A stretch of 32,000 nucleotides of DNA from Candidatus Brocadia sp. (GTDB taxonomy: Bacteria; Planctomycetota; Brocadiia; Brocadiales; Brocadiaceae): NCBI GenBank assembly GCA_021650915.1, contig CP091279.1, positions 3,210,001 through 3,242,000 of the forward strand, in the 5' to 3' direction. Shown here in pieces: positions 1 through 7,800 of this stretch. Each line of letters begins with the position of its first letter. Within the stretch, counting starts at the first letter, position 1. A program made the position numbers and the translations under genes. The notes beneath the pieces were generated by a model, which was given only the letters and a program-made list of their open reading frames with translations, did no database searches and was not told the origin of the DNA.

Positions 1-1074
1 GCCATCAGCGCCGATTGCTGGTGACGATTCTATGGCTTCACCGGTTTCAAAGATCCACTTCAAACGGCCATCAGGATGAAAGGCATACAATTTTTTATCC
101 CGGGAGCCAACGTAAATGGTGCCGTCTGACCCAATCGCTGGTGACGAATGAACAGAGGCGCCCGTCTCGAATCTCCACTTTAGCTTCCCCTGAGCCGTAA
201 AGGCATAGAGATTATTGTCCCCGGAACCCACGTATATGTTTCCTTCCGTGTCAATTCCAGCAGAAGAATCAATATCGTAGTTTGTATCAGCCGTCCACGC
301 TGTCTTGCCATCCGGACGCAAGGCGTAAAGCCGCGCATCCTCAGAGCCAATATAGATGTTGCCGTTTGGTGCAATTAAAGGCGATGCATCCAGGAGGTAT
401 CTGGTGCCAAAACTCCATATCGCCTTGCCCTCAGGCTTCATAGCAAATAAATAATAGTCTCCTGAACCAAAATAGATCATGCCGTCGGGCGCAATGGCAG
501 GAGACGACGCAATATGGTCCGCGGTCTTTTGTGTCCATTGCAGTTTTCCGTCATGGGTAATGGCATGAAGTCTTTTGTCCCATGATCCGACATAAATCAT
601 GCCATCAGGCGCAATGGCAGGGGATGAAATAATGCCTCCCTCGGATTTGTACTTCCACCGTAACGTGCCATCGGGATTTACTGCGTAAAGATGGCCATCC
701 CACGAGCCAAAAAGAATAGCGCCGTCTTTTCTGATGGCAGGTGATGAATCAACCTCGTCCTGTGTTTCGAATACCCATTTCAGCGTACCGCTCCTGGTAA
801 CGGCATAGAATTTCTTATCCTTTGAACCAAAATAAATGGTGCCGTCTTCCCCAATCGCCGGAGATGAGGCAACGGGTCCTTGGGTTTGAAATACCCACTT
901 GAGTACCGGTTTTTGAGCGCCCACGGAGGGGCTTCTTCCGGTATGCTGTAAATCATGTCTGAACATGGGCCAGGGGGTGTCGGCAAGCTGTGCATACAGC
1001 GCAGCCGTCCCTGAGATAAAGGATAAAAAAAAGACTAGTGGCAGAGTGAGATGTCCGATATATTTTTTCAGCAT
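1..1074 (-). CDS. Secreted PQQ-like (BamB/PQQ_2-type) beta-propeller repeat protein; N-terminal 358 codons, 3' end leaves the window
   Basis: Absent from the supplied ORF track because it has no in-window stop. The reverse-strand ATG at 1074-1072 opens a stop-free frame down to base 1. It begins MLKKYIGHLTLPLVFFLSFISGTAALYAQ (signal-peptide-like), followed by 7 complete and 1 partial ~40-aa units of the form LKWxFxTxxxxxSSPAIgxDGtIYxGSxDxxLYAxxxDGx. Track ORFs 180-374(-) and 780-995(-) are in other frames (shadows). Confidence 0.85.
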   Translation of the reverse strand, partial: MLKKYIGHLTLPLVFFLSFISGTAALYAQLADTPWPMFRHDLQHTGRSPSVGAQKPVLKWVFQTQGPVASSPAIGEDGTIYFGSKDKKFYAVTRSGTLKWVFETQDEVDSSPAIRKDGAILFGSWDGHLYAVNPDGTLRWKYKSEGGIISSPAIAPDGMIYVGSWDKRLHAITHDGKLQWTQKTADHIASSPAIAPDGMIYFGSGDYYLFAMKPEGKAIWSFGTRYLLDASPLIAPNGNIYIGSEDARLYALRPDGKTAWTADTNYDIDSSAGIDTEGNIYVGSGDNNLYAFTAQGKLKWRFETGASVHSSPAIGSDGTIYVGSRDKKLYAFHPDGRLKWIFETGEAIESSPAIGADG

Positions 1075-1274
1075 CAATTTTTCCTTATGTTAAAGTATAG
1101 GAATTTCAAAACAGCTTTCTGTCCGGTAGGCAGACCTGAACCCAGTGCTGGTTCAATCTTGCAGATTGAACCACATATTTTGAACGGAATAAGCAAGTTT
1201 AGAATAACATTTGACGTGAGAAAAATTCCAATGTTCGATTTAATCGTGGACGATTGAACCTGCGCAGCCAATGG

Positions 1275-1343
1275 AAGGTGGGCATCGCTCACAAAAAATA
1301 AGCGCCGCAACCGAGTTGTATTTGGTGGGCGATGCCCACCCTT
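1275..1343. repeat. REP-like imperfect palindrome (AAGGTGGGCATCGC ... GCGATGCCCACCCTT)
   Basis: Arms of ~14-15 nt are separated by ~40 nt, with one indel between them. The right arm is itself self-complementary (GGTGGGC-GAT-GCCCACC). It sits in the intergenic gap between the propeller gene start and the IS110 element. Confidence 0.6.
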
Positions 1344-1410
1344 ATATGTTAAGGTGTCTATAATTCATTGAAATATTATAAGAGTTAACTAAAATAGTTA
1401 GCAGTATTGT

Positions 1411-1469
1411 GGGAAGGAGCGGTTAACGGAAGGAGTCCGTAGGACGACTGGAGTTAACCGCTCCTTCCC
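1411..1469 (+). other. Perfect 17-bp stem / 25-nt loop structure inside the IS110 5' non-coding arm (possible part of a bridge/guide RNA)
   Basis: GGGAAGGAGCGGTTAAC (1411-1427) is the exact reverse complement of GTTAACCGCTCCTTCCC (1453-1469). The loop GGAAGGAGTCCGTAGGACGACTGGA can form a further GTCC/GGAC mini-stem. Confidence 0.4.
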
Positions 1470-1694
1470 GCCCGAAAAATTGTCTCTGAAAGAGCACAGG
1501 AAGATAGAGTCTCGCCCACCCTGTCACACGATGACCTCGCGTAGACCATACTCATCTTCCCTGTGCCGATTTCTGCAACCGTATGATCAATAGAATGTTC
1601 TGAAAAAGTCCATGTAAGGCTATCAACGGGTAACAGAAATAGTCCGCTCTTTCCGGGCATCCACAAACACCTTTTCATGGAAGGAGACCATACC

Positions 1695-2384
1695 ATGGAA
1701 CAAACAATGATTTATGTTGGTATTGACTGGGCTGATGATCATCACGATATCGTTATTACCGATGACTCAGCAAAAACACTCGATCAATTCCGGATTGACC
1801 ATACCTGTGACGGCTTTGCCCTGCTTCATTCACACATCGCACATCATCAGGCATCACCCAGCCTCGTATTAGTCGCCATCGAGACAAGCCGAGGACTTCT
1901 CCTTCACGAACTCTTGCAGAAAGGCTACACCGTCTATGCCATCAATCCAAAGGCAGTCAACCGGTATAAGGATCGGCACGTGCTTTCAAAGGCAAAATCG
2001 GACGTCCTCGACGCCCTGTCGCTCGGTCATCTCCTGCGAACCGACCGACACCTGTTTCGACCGCTCATGCCCCTTCCCGAAGATTACCGGCTTCTTGACA
2101 GGCTTTGCGGCGACCTTCGCAAGGCGGTTGATGAAAAATCAAGAATTCTCAACCAGGTTATCTCCTGCTCGAAAGAATTCTATCCAAAGGCGCTGGAGAT
2201 GTTTTCCCTGAATTCACAAATATTCATTGACTTTCTCAAGGCCTTTCCCGACCACGACACCCTGAGCGCCTGCAAAAAAAGACCTTCCTTGCATTTCTCA
2301 GGAAACATCGCTACTCGTATCCAGCCAAAGCCGAAGAACTCTGGAAGACCATTCAATCTCCTTCCCTCCAACCGGATAAAGTAA
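1695..2384 (+). CDS. IS110-family transposase, N-terminal (DEDD RuvC-like) part; frame is lost at the A7 run 2274-2280
   Basis: MEQTMIYVGIDWADDHHDIVI... matches the family signature (GIDxxxxxH, then IETS). GGAAGGAG (1679-1686) lies 8 nt upstream of ATG 1695. The sequence after ...DTLSACKK no longer looks transposase-like and stops at 2384. Confidence 0.85.
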   Translation: MEQTMIYVGIDWADDHHDIVITDDSAKTLDQFRIDHTCDGFALLHSHIAHHQASPSLVLVAIETSRGLLLHELLQKGYTVYAINPKAVNRYKDRHVLSKAKSDVLDALSLGHLLRTDRHLFRPLMPLPEDYRLLDRLCGDLRKAVDEKSRILNQVISCSKEFYPKALEMFSLNSQIFIDFLKAFPDHDTLSACKKRPSLHFSGNIATRIQPKPKNSGRPFNLLPSNRIK

Positions 2385-2938
2385 CCGCTCGTTCCGGAAA
2401 ACTTCGACTGGGAATGCTTCTCGGCCAACTCGAAAATCTCAAAGAACATATTACCCATTATGAACGAGAAATTCAGCATATCCTCGATCATCTTCCCGAA
2501 TCAACCCCGATCAAGAGTTTGCCGGGCGTGGGAGAACGTCTTGCGCCGGAACTGGTCGCAATCCTTGGGCCAAACAGCAAAGACGGCCATCACCGCTTCC
2601 AGGCATCTGCAGAAATTGCAAAACTCTCCGGTTGCGTGCCGGTTGTCAGGGAAAGCGGAAAATGGCGAACGGTATCTCTGCGTTACGCCTGCGTAAAACC
2701 CCTCAGAAGGACATTTCGTGATTGGGCTTTTACCAGTATCAACCACTCACGCTGGGCAAGGGCATTCTACGATTACCACAAGCAGAGAAACCAAAATCAT
2801 TCTACCATCCTGCGCAACCTCGCTAAAAAATGGATCAAAATCCTTTTTGCTCTTTGGTCTCAGGGAACAACCTATGATGAAACGGTGCATATTCAAAATC
2901 TCAAGGCAAAAAATGTCCCCTGGGCTATGGCTTTGTAG
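2279..2938 (+). CDS. IS110-family transposase, C-terminal (Transposase_20-like) part, in the -1 frame relative to 1695-2384
   Basis: The -1 frame is open from 2231. From the A-run it reads KKTFLAFLRKHRYSYPAKAEELWKTIQSPSLQPDKVTARSGKLRLGMLLGQLENL...SLPGVGERLAPELVAILG...SGKW.... The track reports only 2414-2938, starting from the first Met. Confidence 0.85.
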   Translation, partial: KTFLAFLRKHRYSYPAKAEELWKTIQSPSLQPDKVTARSGKLRLGMLLGQLENLKEHITHYEREIQHILDHLPESTPIKSLPGVGERLAPELVAILGPNSKDGHHRFQASAEIAKLSGCVPVVRESGKWRTVSLRYACVKPLRRTFRDWAFTSINHSRWARAFYDYHKQRNQNHSTILRNLAKKWIKILFALWSQGTTYDETVHIQNLKAKNVPWAMAL

Positions 2939-3057
2939 TCTTGATTTTTTAAAGAACTTTTAATTCTTTTTTTCTTTTAGAAAAAAAGAGCTTGACATAG
3001 AATGTCTACCCGATTAATCCGATATACAAAAAATCGGGAATATATCCATAGATATCC

Positions 3058-3648
3058 TCAGAGTATTCCCTTCGTCGACGGAACATCCTTCACCCGTTCG
3101 TCTATCCGAACGGCATCACGCAATGCCCTGGCTAGTCCCTTAAATATGGCCTCAGCTATATGGTGTGTGTTGCTGCCGTATGGTACGTTTACATGCAAAT
3201 TTATCCCGGCATTGGTGCTGAATGCCTCGAGAAATTCTTTAACGAGTTCTGCGTCAAAATTCCCGATCTTTCCGGCAGGAAAGGTAACGTGATACACCAA
3301 TGCGGGCCTTCCGCTGATGTCCAGTGCGATTGAGGCCAGGGTCTCCTGCATCGGGACGCTTGCATTTGAAAACCGCCGGATACCCTTTTTATCGCCTAAT
3401 GCCTCCTTTATTCCCTGTCCCAGACATATCCCCACGTCCTCCACGGTATGATGGTCATCAATGATACGGTCGCCAACGGCCTTGAGTTCCAGATCGAACA
3501 GGCTGTGTTTCGCGAGAATGTCAAGCATGTGGTCCAGAAAGCCAATATCGGTGGTAATACGGCTATCCCCTTTTCCGTCGATATTGACGGTTAAAGAGAT
3601 CTCCGTTTCTTTGGTCTTTCGACGAATGGTGGCGGTTCTTTTTGGCAT
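3058..3648 (-). CDS. hisB: Imidazoleglycerol-phosphate dehydratase
   Basis: 196 aa. Carries [37 protein letters not shown] and [13 protein letters not shown], the characteristic IGPD His/Glu metal-binding motifs. Confidence 0.95.
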   Translation of the reverse strand: MPKRTATIRRKTKETEISLTVNIDGKGDSRITTDIGFLDHMLDILAKHSLFDLELKAVGDRIIDDHHTVEDVGICLGQGIKEALGDKKGIRRFSNASVPMQETLASIALDISGRPALVYHVTFPAGKIGNFDAELVKEFLEAFSTNAGINLHVNVPYGSNTHHIAEAIFKGLARALRDAVRIDERVKDVPSTKGIL

Positions 3649-3683
3649 AAAAATGTTACCCGTTGGCTGCTATGCCTGCTGAT

Positions 3684-4766
3684 TTACGGGCAGCAGGCAG
3701 TCATTGCCTTTGATTGTGTGGTCGTTATAAGTTCTTTCAGGTGTTGAATCAGGATATCGATTTCTTCCCTTGTCCCAATGGTAATGCGCAGACAATCGTC
3801 CAGTCGCCTCAGATTGAAATATCGCACCAGTATCTTCCGCGATTTAAGCGCCTGGTAGAGGGTGTGGGCGGAAACTCCTTTCATGCACCGTGCCAATACA
3901 AAATTGGTTTGGGAAGGATATACAAAAAATCCCATTTCCTGCAGCGATTTCGTAAGATAGAGTCTCGTTTCCTTTATCTTTTCAACGTGCGCTTTCATGC
4001 TTTTTTGATCATCCAGCGCTGCCACTACGGCTGCAATGCTCAGGCGGTCAACGTTATATGAATCCTTTACCTTCATCATCCCCTGAATGAGATGCTCCTG
4101 GGCAATACAAAAACCTAGTCTGATGCCAGCCAGCGAATAGGATTTTGAGAGGGTTCTCAGGATAAGGATATTCCGGTGTTGCCCGACGAGGGAAAGGCAA
4201 TTGTCCTCTGCAAAATCGGCATATGCCTCATCAATGACCAGCACCCCGTCAATCTGGGCGGCAATCCTGGATATTTCCTGCGATGGTATCATCGTCCCCG
4301 AAGGGGAATTGGGGTTTGCAAGGAAAGTAACTTTTGCCCCTTTTACCAGAAAATTCTCGGGTAGAGAATACCCTTCGGTAAAGTCCACGTCACATGCCAT
4401 GCTATCCTGAAGTTCTGCGAGGGTTTTATAAAGCATATACGAGGGATACGGGAAAACAACCTTGTCCTCTTGCCCTGCAAAACTCCGGATAATGATGGAT
4501 AGCAGGTCATCTGAACCGTTTCCTGCCATAACGTATTCCGGCTTTGTGCCAAGGATCTCTGCGATTTTGATTCTGGCCGCCGTTGCAATGGGGTCGGGAT
4601 AGAGACGCAGGTTCTCATTCACTGCCTCTTTGATTGCATGTAACACCCTTGCTGAAGGCGGATACGGATTTTCATTGGTGTTGAGCTTTATGTAGATGCC
4701 GTCTTTCGGCTGTTCTCCGGGCGTATATCCGGACATTCTTTCAATATTATTTCTGAAATAACTCAA
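3684..4766 (-). CDS. hisC: Histidinol-phosphate aminotransferase
   Basis: Carries LNTNENPYPPS, the PLP-lysine motif LSKSYSLAGIRLGF and YPDP. I prefer the TTG start at 4766, which has AAGGAG 7 nt upstream (360 aa, beginning MSYFRNNIERMSGYTPGEQ). ATG 4736 is the alternative. The track start at 4853 runs into the 4815-4886 palindrome and is unlikely. Confidence 0.9.
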   Translation of the reverse strand: MSYFRNNIERMSGYTPGEQPKDGIYIKLNTNENPYPPSARVLHAIKEAVNENLRLYPDPIATAARIKIAEILGTKPEYVMAGNGSDDLLSIIIRSFAGQEDKVVFPYPSYMLYKTLAELQDSMACDVDFTEGYSLPENFLVKGAKVTFLANPNSPSGTMIPSQEISRIAAQIDGVLVIDEAYADFAEDNCLSLVGQHRNILILRTLSKSYSLAGIRLGFCIAQEHLIQGMMKVKDSYNVDRLSIAAVVAALDDQKSMKAHVEKIKETRLYLTKSLQEMGFFVYPSQTNFVLARCMKGVSAHTLYQALKSRKILVRYFNLRRLDDCLRITIGTREEIDILIQHLKELITTTQSKAMTACCP

Positions 4767-4814
4767 TCGTATACTCCTTTGAAACCTTTCACCACAGGGT
4801 TTGCTAGCTGAAAA

Positions 4815-4935
4815 GTAGGGGCGAAGCATTTGCCATAACCGGCATAAATGCACTCATACACAAGCGGGCAAATGCTTCGCCCCTACAAGACAATATTATT
4901 CGTAGAGAGAATTTTTCAAAAAGCTAAGGTGTTAC
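4815..4935. repeat. Composite repeat: perfect 20-bp palindrome plus a ~45-bp module shared with 26449-26517
   Basis: GTAGGGGCGAAGCATTTGCC (4815-4834) is the exact reverse complement of GGCAAATGCTTCGCCCCTAC (4867-4886), with a 32-nt spacer. It is followed by CAATATTATTCGTAGAGAGAATTTTTCAAAAAGCTAAGGTGTTAC (4891-4935). The second locus has GGTAATATTATTTATCGAGAGAATTTTTCAAAGAGCTAAATTGTTAC. Confidence 0.75.
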
Positions 4936-6272
4936 GTTTTGTGTTTTTTCTCTGTTTTCTGTGATTTGTTATCCTGCAAACCGAGCCGTATTTGAACCGA
5001 CCATGTGTGTGCATCCAAACCCTCAGCCCCTGAAATTTCCGCAATGTCCTGATATGCCTTCCTGAGCGCTGGTTTGGAATAGGTTATTACGCTGTACCTT
5101 TTCAGGAAATCATTGACCGATAATCCGGATGAAAAGCGTGCGGTTCCGCCGGTTGGAAGCACATGGGAAGGCCCTGCAATATAATCTCCCACAGCAACGG
5201 GGGTATACGGTCCAAGAAAGATCGCCCCGGCATGTTTCAATCGCGACAACAGGGTTCTGGGGTTTTTTGTCATAACCTGCAAATGCTCCGGAGCTAGTGC
5301 ATTGGCAGCCTCAATGCATGCCTCAAGGTTTTTGGTCAGGAGGATAACGCCAAACTTTTCCAGGCATTCCCGTGTGCCTGCATGCCGTTTAATTCTCATT
5401 ATTTGTCGTTTTAGCTCCAGATTTACCTGTTCTGCCAACTCAGCTGAGCACGTGACCAGGATGGAGATGCCTGGTGTGTGTTCCGCCTGGGACAGCAGGT
5501 CAGACGCGACAAATGATGGATCGGCATGGCCGTCTGCAACAATTACCACCTCGCTGGGCCCTGCCAGCATATCGATGCCAGCATATCCGAAGATCTCCTT
5601 TTTCGCAAGGGTTACAAAAATATTTCCCGGCCCGACGATCTTATCCACCCTTGGAATCGTCTCGGTGCCAAATGCAAGGGCTGTGATGGCCTGAGCTCCG
5701 CCTACCTTGTAGATATCACTGACGTCAGCCTCCCTTGCAGCAACGAGCCTCTCCGGTGGAATGGTTCCATCCCGGGAAGGAGGGGTGGTCATGATGATTT
5801 TTTTTACCCCTGCGACACGTGCTGGTATGGCATTCATCAGTACCGTAGACGGATAAGACGCTGCACCGCCCGGGACGTACACCCCTGCGCTTTCCAAAGG
5901 TGCATATACCGTGTCAAGCACGATGCCGTCCGCCTTTAACGGGCTGACCTTGCGGATACGGATATGTTCCTGGTACGTCCATATGTTTTTTACGGCTTTT
6001 TGTATGGACCTGATAAAGGGGCGTGATATTTTCCGGTACGCCTCTTCGAATTCTTTTTCTGTTACCCGGAAATCCTTCGGCAAAAGACGAACACGATCAA
6101 AGCGCTTGCCATATTTTACAAGGGCCGCATCCTTTTGCTTTTTGACGTCATGGATAATTTTCTGTACCGTTGCGCTCTGAGCAGCCAGGCCATCGAAAAG
6201 ATTGAGCGTTTGCTTGAGTTTGTCGATTTCCCTGTCAACGTTGCCTTCCCACGTCCTGAGTATTCGTATCAT
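4932..6272 (-). CDS. hisD: Histidinol dehydrogenase
   Basis: 446 aa. Carries VPGGAASYPSTVLM, LLSQAEHTPG and AGPSHVLPTGGTARFSSGLSV, typical of HisD. It has a short Lys-rich C-terminal tail. Confidence 0.93.
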   Translation of the reverse strand: MIRILRTWEGNVDREIDKLKQTLNLFDGLAAQSATVQKIIHDVKKQKDAALVKYGKRFDRVRLLPKDFRVTEKEFEEAYRKISRPFIRSIQKAVKNIWTYQEHIRIRKVSPLKADGIVLDTVYAPLESAGVYVPGGAASYPSTVLMNAIPARVAGVKKIIMTTPPSRDGTIPPERLVAAREADVSDIYKVGGAQAITALAFGTETIPRVDKIVGPGNIFVTLAKKEIFGYAGIDMLAGPSEVVIVADGHADPSFVASDLLSQAEHTPGISILVTCSAELAEQVNLELKRQIMRIKRHAGTRECLEKFGVILLTKNLEACIEAANALAPEHLQVMTKNPRTLLSRLKHAGAIFLGPYTPVAVGDYIAGPSHVLPTGGTARFSSGLSVNDFLKRYSVITYSKPALRKAYQDIAEISGAEGLDAHTWSVQIRLGLQDNKSQKTEKKHKT

Positions 6273-6362
6273 GGCATTTTTAAAAATGAACGAAGCCTGA
6301 GCCTCGGTATTAGCAAGGTATTAACCACGAGTGCTTTTCATGAAAAGTTTGACGTAATTCAT

Positions 6363-6444
6363 TGTCATTGCGAGCGGCAGCGAAGCAATCTCAGGTCTTT
6401 TGCAAACAAGAGATTGCTTCGTCGCTTCACTCCTCGCAATGACA
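6363..6444. repeat. Long imperfect palindrome of the TGTCATTGCGAG...CTCGCAATGACA type
   Basis: The outer arms are TGTCATTGCGAG / CTCGCAATGACA and the inner arms are CGAAGCAATCTC / GAGATTGCTTCG, with an asymmetric internal loop. It lies between the hisD start and the ndk stop. Its translation explains the ...RLLRRFTPRNDS... segment of the spurious ORF 6135-6509. Confidence 0.7.
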
Positions 6445-6594
6445 GCATTCTTTATGCGCTTACTATAGTAACTTATTATCAACTGCTGAGTCAAAAATTA
6501 TATTTTTAACGAAGAATATTGTCAAGGAAAATGGAAAGGGAAAAGTAAGGCATGGAATAATGAACGGTGCGTTAAGAAAGAGTGTCGTGTGATT

Positions 6595-7065
6595 TCAGAT
6601 AATGTCTCCGGTAGAGAGATCGTAGATCCAGGAGAAGTCGGCAGGTTTGTATTCAAAAAGTTCTCCCGTATGGAAAAAGGTGCCAATCTCCCTTTCCGCA
6701 GCGGCTGGGGAGTCCGAGCCATGGATCAGGTTAAAGCGGTTACTGACGGCATAGTCGCCGCGAATGGTGCCTGGTTCCGCCCTGAAACCGAAGGTTGCCC
6801 CCATCATCTTCCGTGCAATTTCTACAATGTTTTTTCCCTGCAGCGCCATAACGATTACCGGTGCAGACGTGGTGTATCTGACCAGCGGTTCAAAAAAATC
6901 CTTCCCCTCATGTTCGGCATAGTGTTTCCTCGCCATCGTTTCCGTAATGCGGAGCATCTTCAGCCCTATGATTTGAAATCCCTTTTCCTCAAAACGACAA
7001 ATGATCTTGCCCATAAGACGGCGTTGAAGGGCATCTGGTTTTAAGATAATTAAGGTCTTTTCCAT
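6595..7065 (-). CDS. ndk: Nucleoside diphosphate kinase
   Basis: 156 aa. Begins MEKTLIILKPDALQRRL and carries GATFGFRAEPGTIRGDY and the active-site motif NLIHGSDS. Confidence 0.95.
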   Translation of the reverse strand: MEKTLIILKPDALQRRLMGKIICRFEEKGFQIIGLKMLRITETMARKHYAEHEGKDFFEPLVRYTTSAPVIVMALQGKNIVEIARKMMGATFGFRAEPGTIRGDYAVSNRFNLIHGSDSPAAAEREIGTFFHTGELFEYKPADFSWIYDLSTGDII

Positions 7066-7114
7066 ACCATGTCTTTCCTTTCTCTTTTCAGTCTCGTACG
7101 ACGGTTTCTCTGGT

Positions 7115-7663
7115 TTATTTATATTTGCCTTCCTTAAGCTTTTTAACGTACCGTTCCCTTGCCTGTAAAAAAAAATTTTGGTATTCCAAGCTTTTGTAGT
7201 CTGGAAATGTCCATGGGAAGAATTCGTATCCGCCCCTGCGATAATTCAGGGTTACTTCGGCATAGATGCCATTTTGTAAATAGATGCGATGGGAAAAATC
7301 CTTGGTGGAAGCCAGGATGAGTCTGCTTTCATTAAGGTAACCAGGGTCAATATTGACGGGGCGTTTCACTGAATATTTCCTTGAATCAGCAACGGCTTCC
7401 TCCATACTGTTGGTTTGTACCTTGATTGCGGCAATCTCATCAGGGGAAATGAGTTTTTGAAAGCTGTAAAATTGTCTCTTGATTTCCTCCCCCATTTCCT
7501 CATGGTAATACTCCGTAAAATGAAAGGGGAGTATATCGCTTTTCAGGTCAATAGTGCCAAAAGATGTTGTCAGGGTTTTTTCCATCTCCCCGGGCAGTCC
7601 GGGAATATTTGTCAAAACACCAATAATGAGATTTACCGGTTTTGGTTTTGAAATGTGGCCCAA
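7115..7663 (-). CDS. Conserved hypothetical protein, DUF4416-like
   Basis: 182 aa with a TTG start. The pattern PFxFTxYYxxEMG ... NIDPGYL ... LILASTKDFSHRIYLxxGIYAEVTLxY ... PWTFPDY matches my recollection of the DUF4416 family. This was not verified by a search. Confidence 0.7.
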   Translation of the reverse strand: MGHISKPKPVNLIIGVLTNIPGLPGEMEKTLTTSFGTIDLKSDILPFHFTEYYHEEMGEEIKRQFYSFQKLISPDEIAAIKVQTNSMEEAVADSRKYSVKRPVNIDPGYLNESRLILASTKDFSHRIYLQNGIYAEVTLNYRRGGYEFFPWTFPDYKSLEYQNFFLQARERYVKKLKEGKYK

Positions 7664-7730
7664 GGTAATTGCTGTTTACCCATGTTAAAAGTACAAAAAG
7701 GGAAATTAGATCTTCGGTGGCGGTTTATCT

Positions 7731-7757
7731 GTGGAGCGACGAGGCGCGTCGCTCTAC
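7731..7757. repeat. GC-rich palindrome GTGGAGCGACGAGGCGCGTCGCTCTAC
   Basis: The GAGCGACG/CGTCGCTC stem is extended by GT(G)/(T)AC. It is the same family as 9622-9648 and lies just downstream of the proS stop. Confidence 0.7.
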
Positions 7758-7800
7758 TCATCGATGTATGCCGGTGATACCTGCAGACAAAACATAGCCA

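Larger units (their letters stand above)
1350..2990 (+). mobile_element. IS110-family insertion sequence (boundaries approximate; this family lacks classical terminal IRs)
   Basis: Contains a DEDD/RuvC-like plus Transposase_20-like recombinase gene (1695-2938). A ~350-600 bp non-coding arm lies upstream and only ~50-120 bp lies downstream before the hisB stop (3058). I could not define exact ends from a single copy. Confidence 0.6.

Noticed and set aside
1454-1696. 80-aa ORF (-) within the IS110 5' arm, and the + strand ORF 1051-1257.
   Set aside because: Neither has an SD sequence or any family resemblance. The first overlaps the 17-bp-stem structure and the transposase start. The second overlaps the propeller gene start region.
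6135-6509. 124-aa ORF (+) spanning the hisD start and the hisD-ndk spacer.
   Set aside because: It starts inside hisD on the antisense strand. Its conserved-looking RLLRRFTPRNDS segment is only the translation of the 6363-6444 palindrome.
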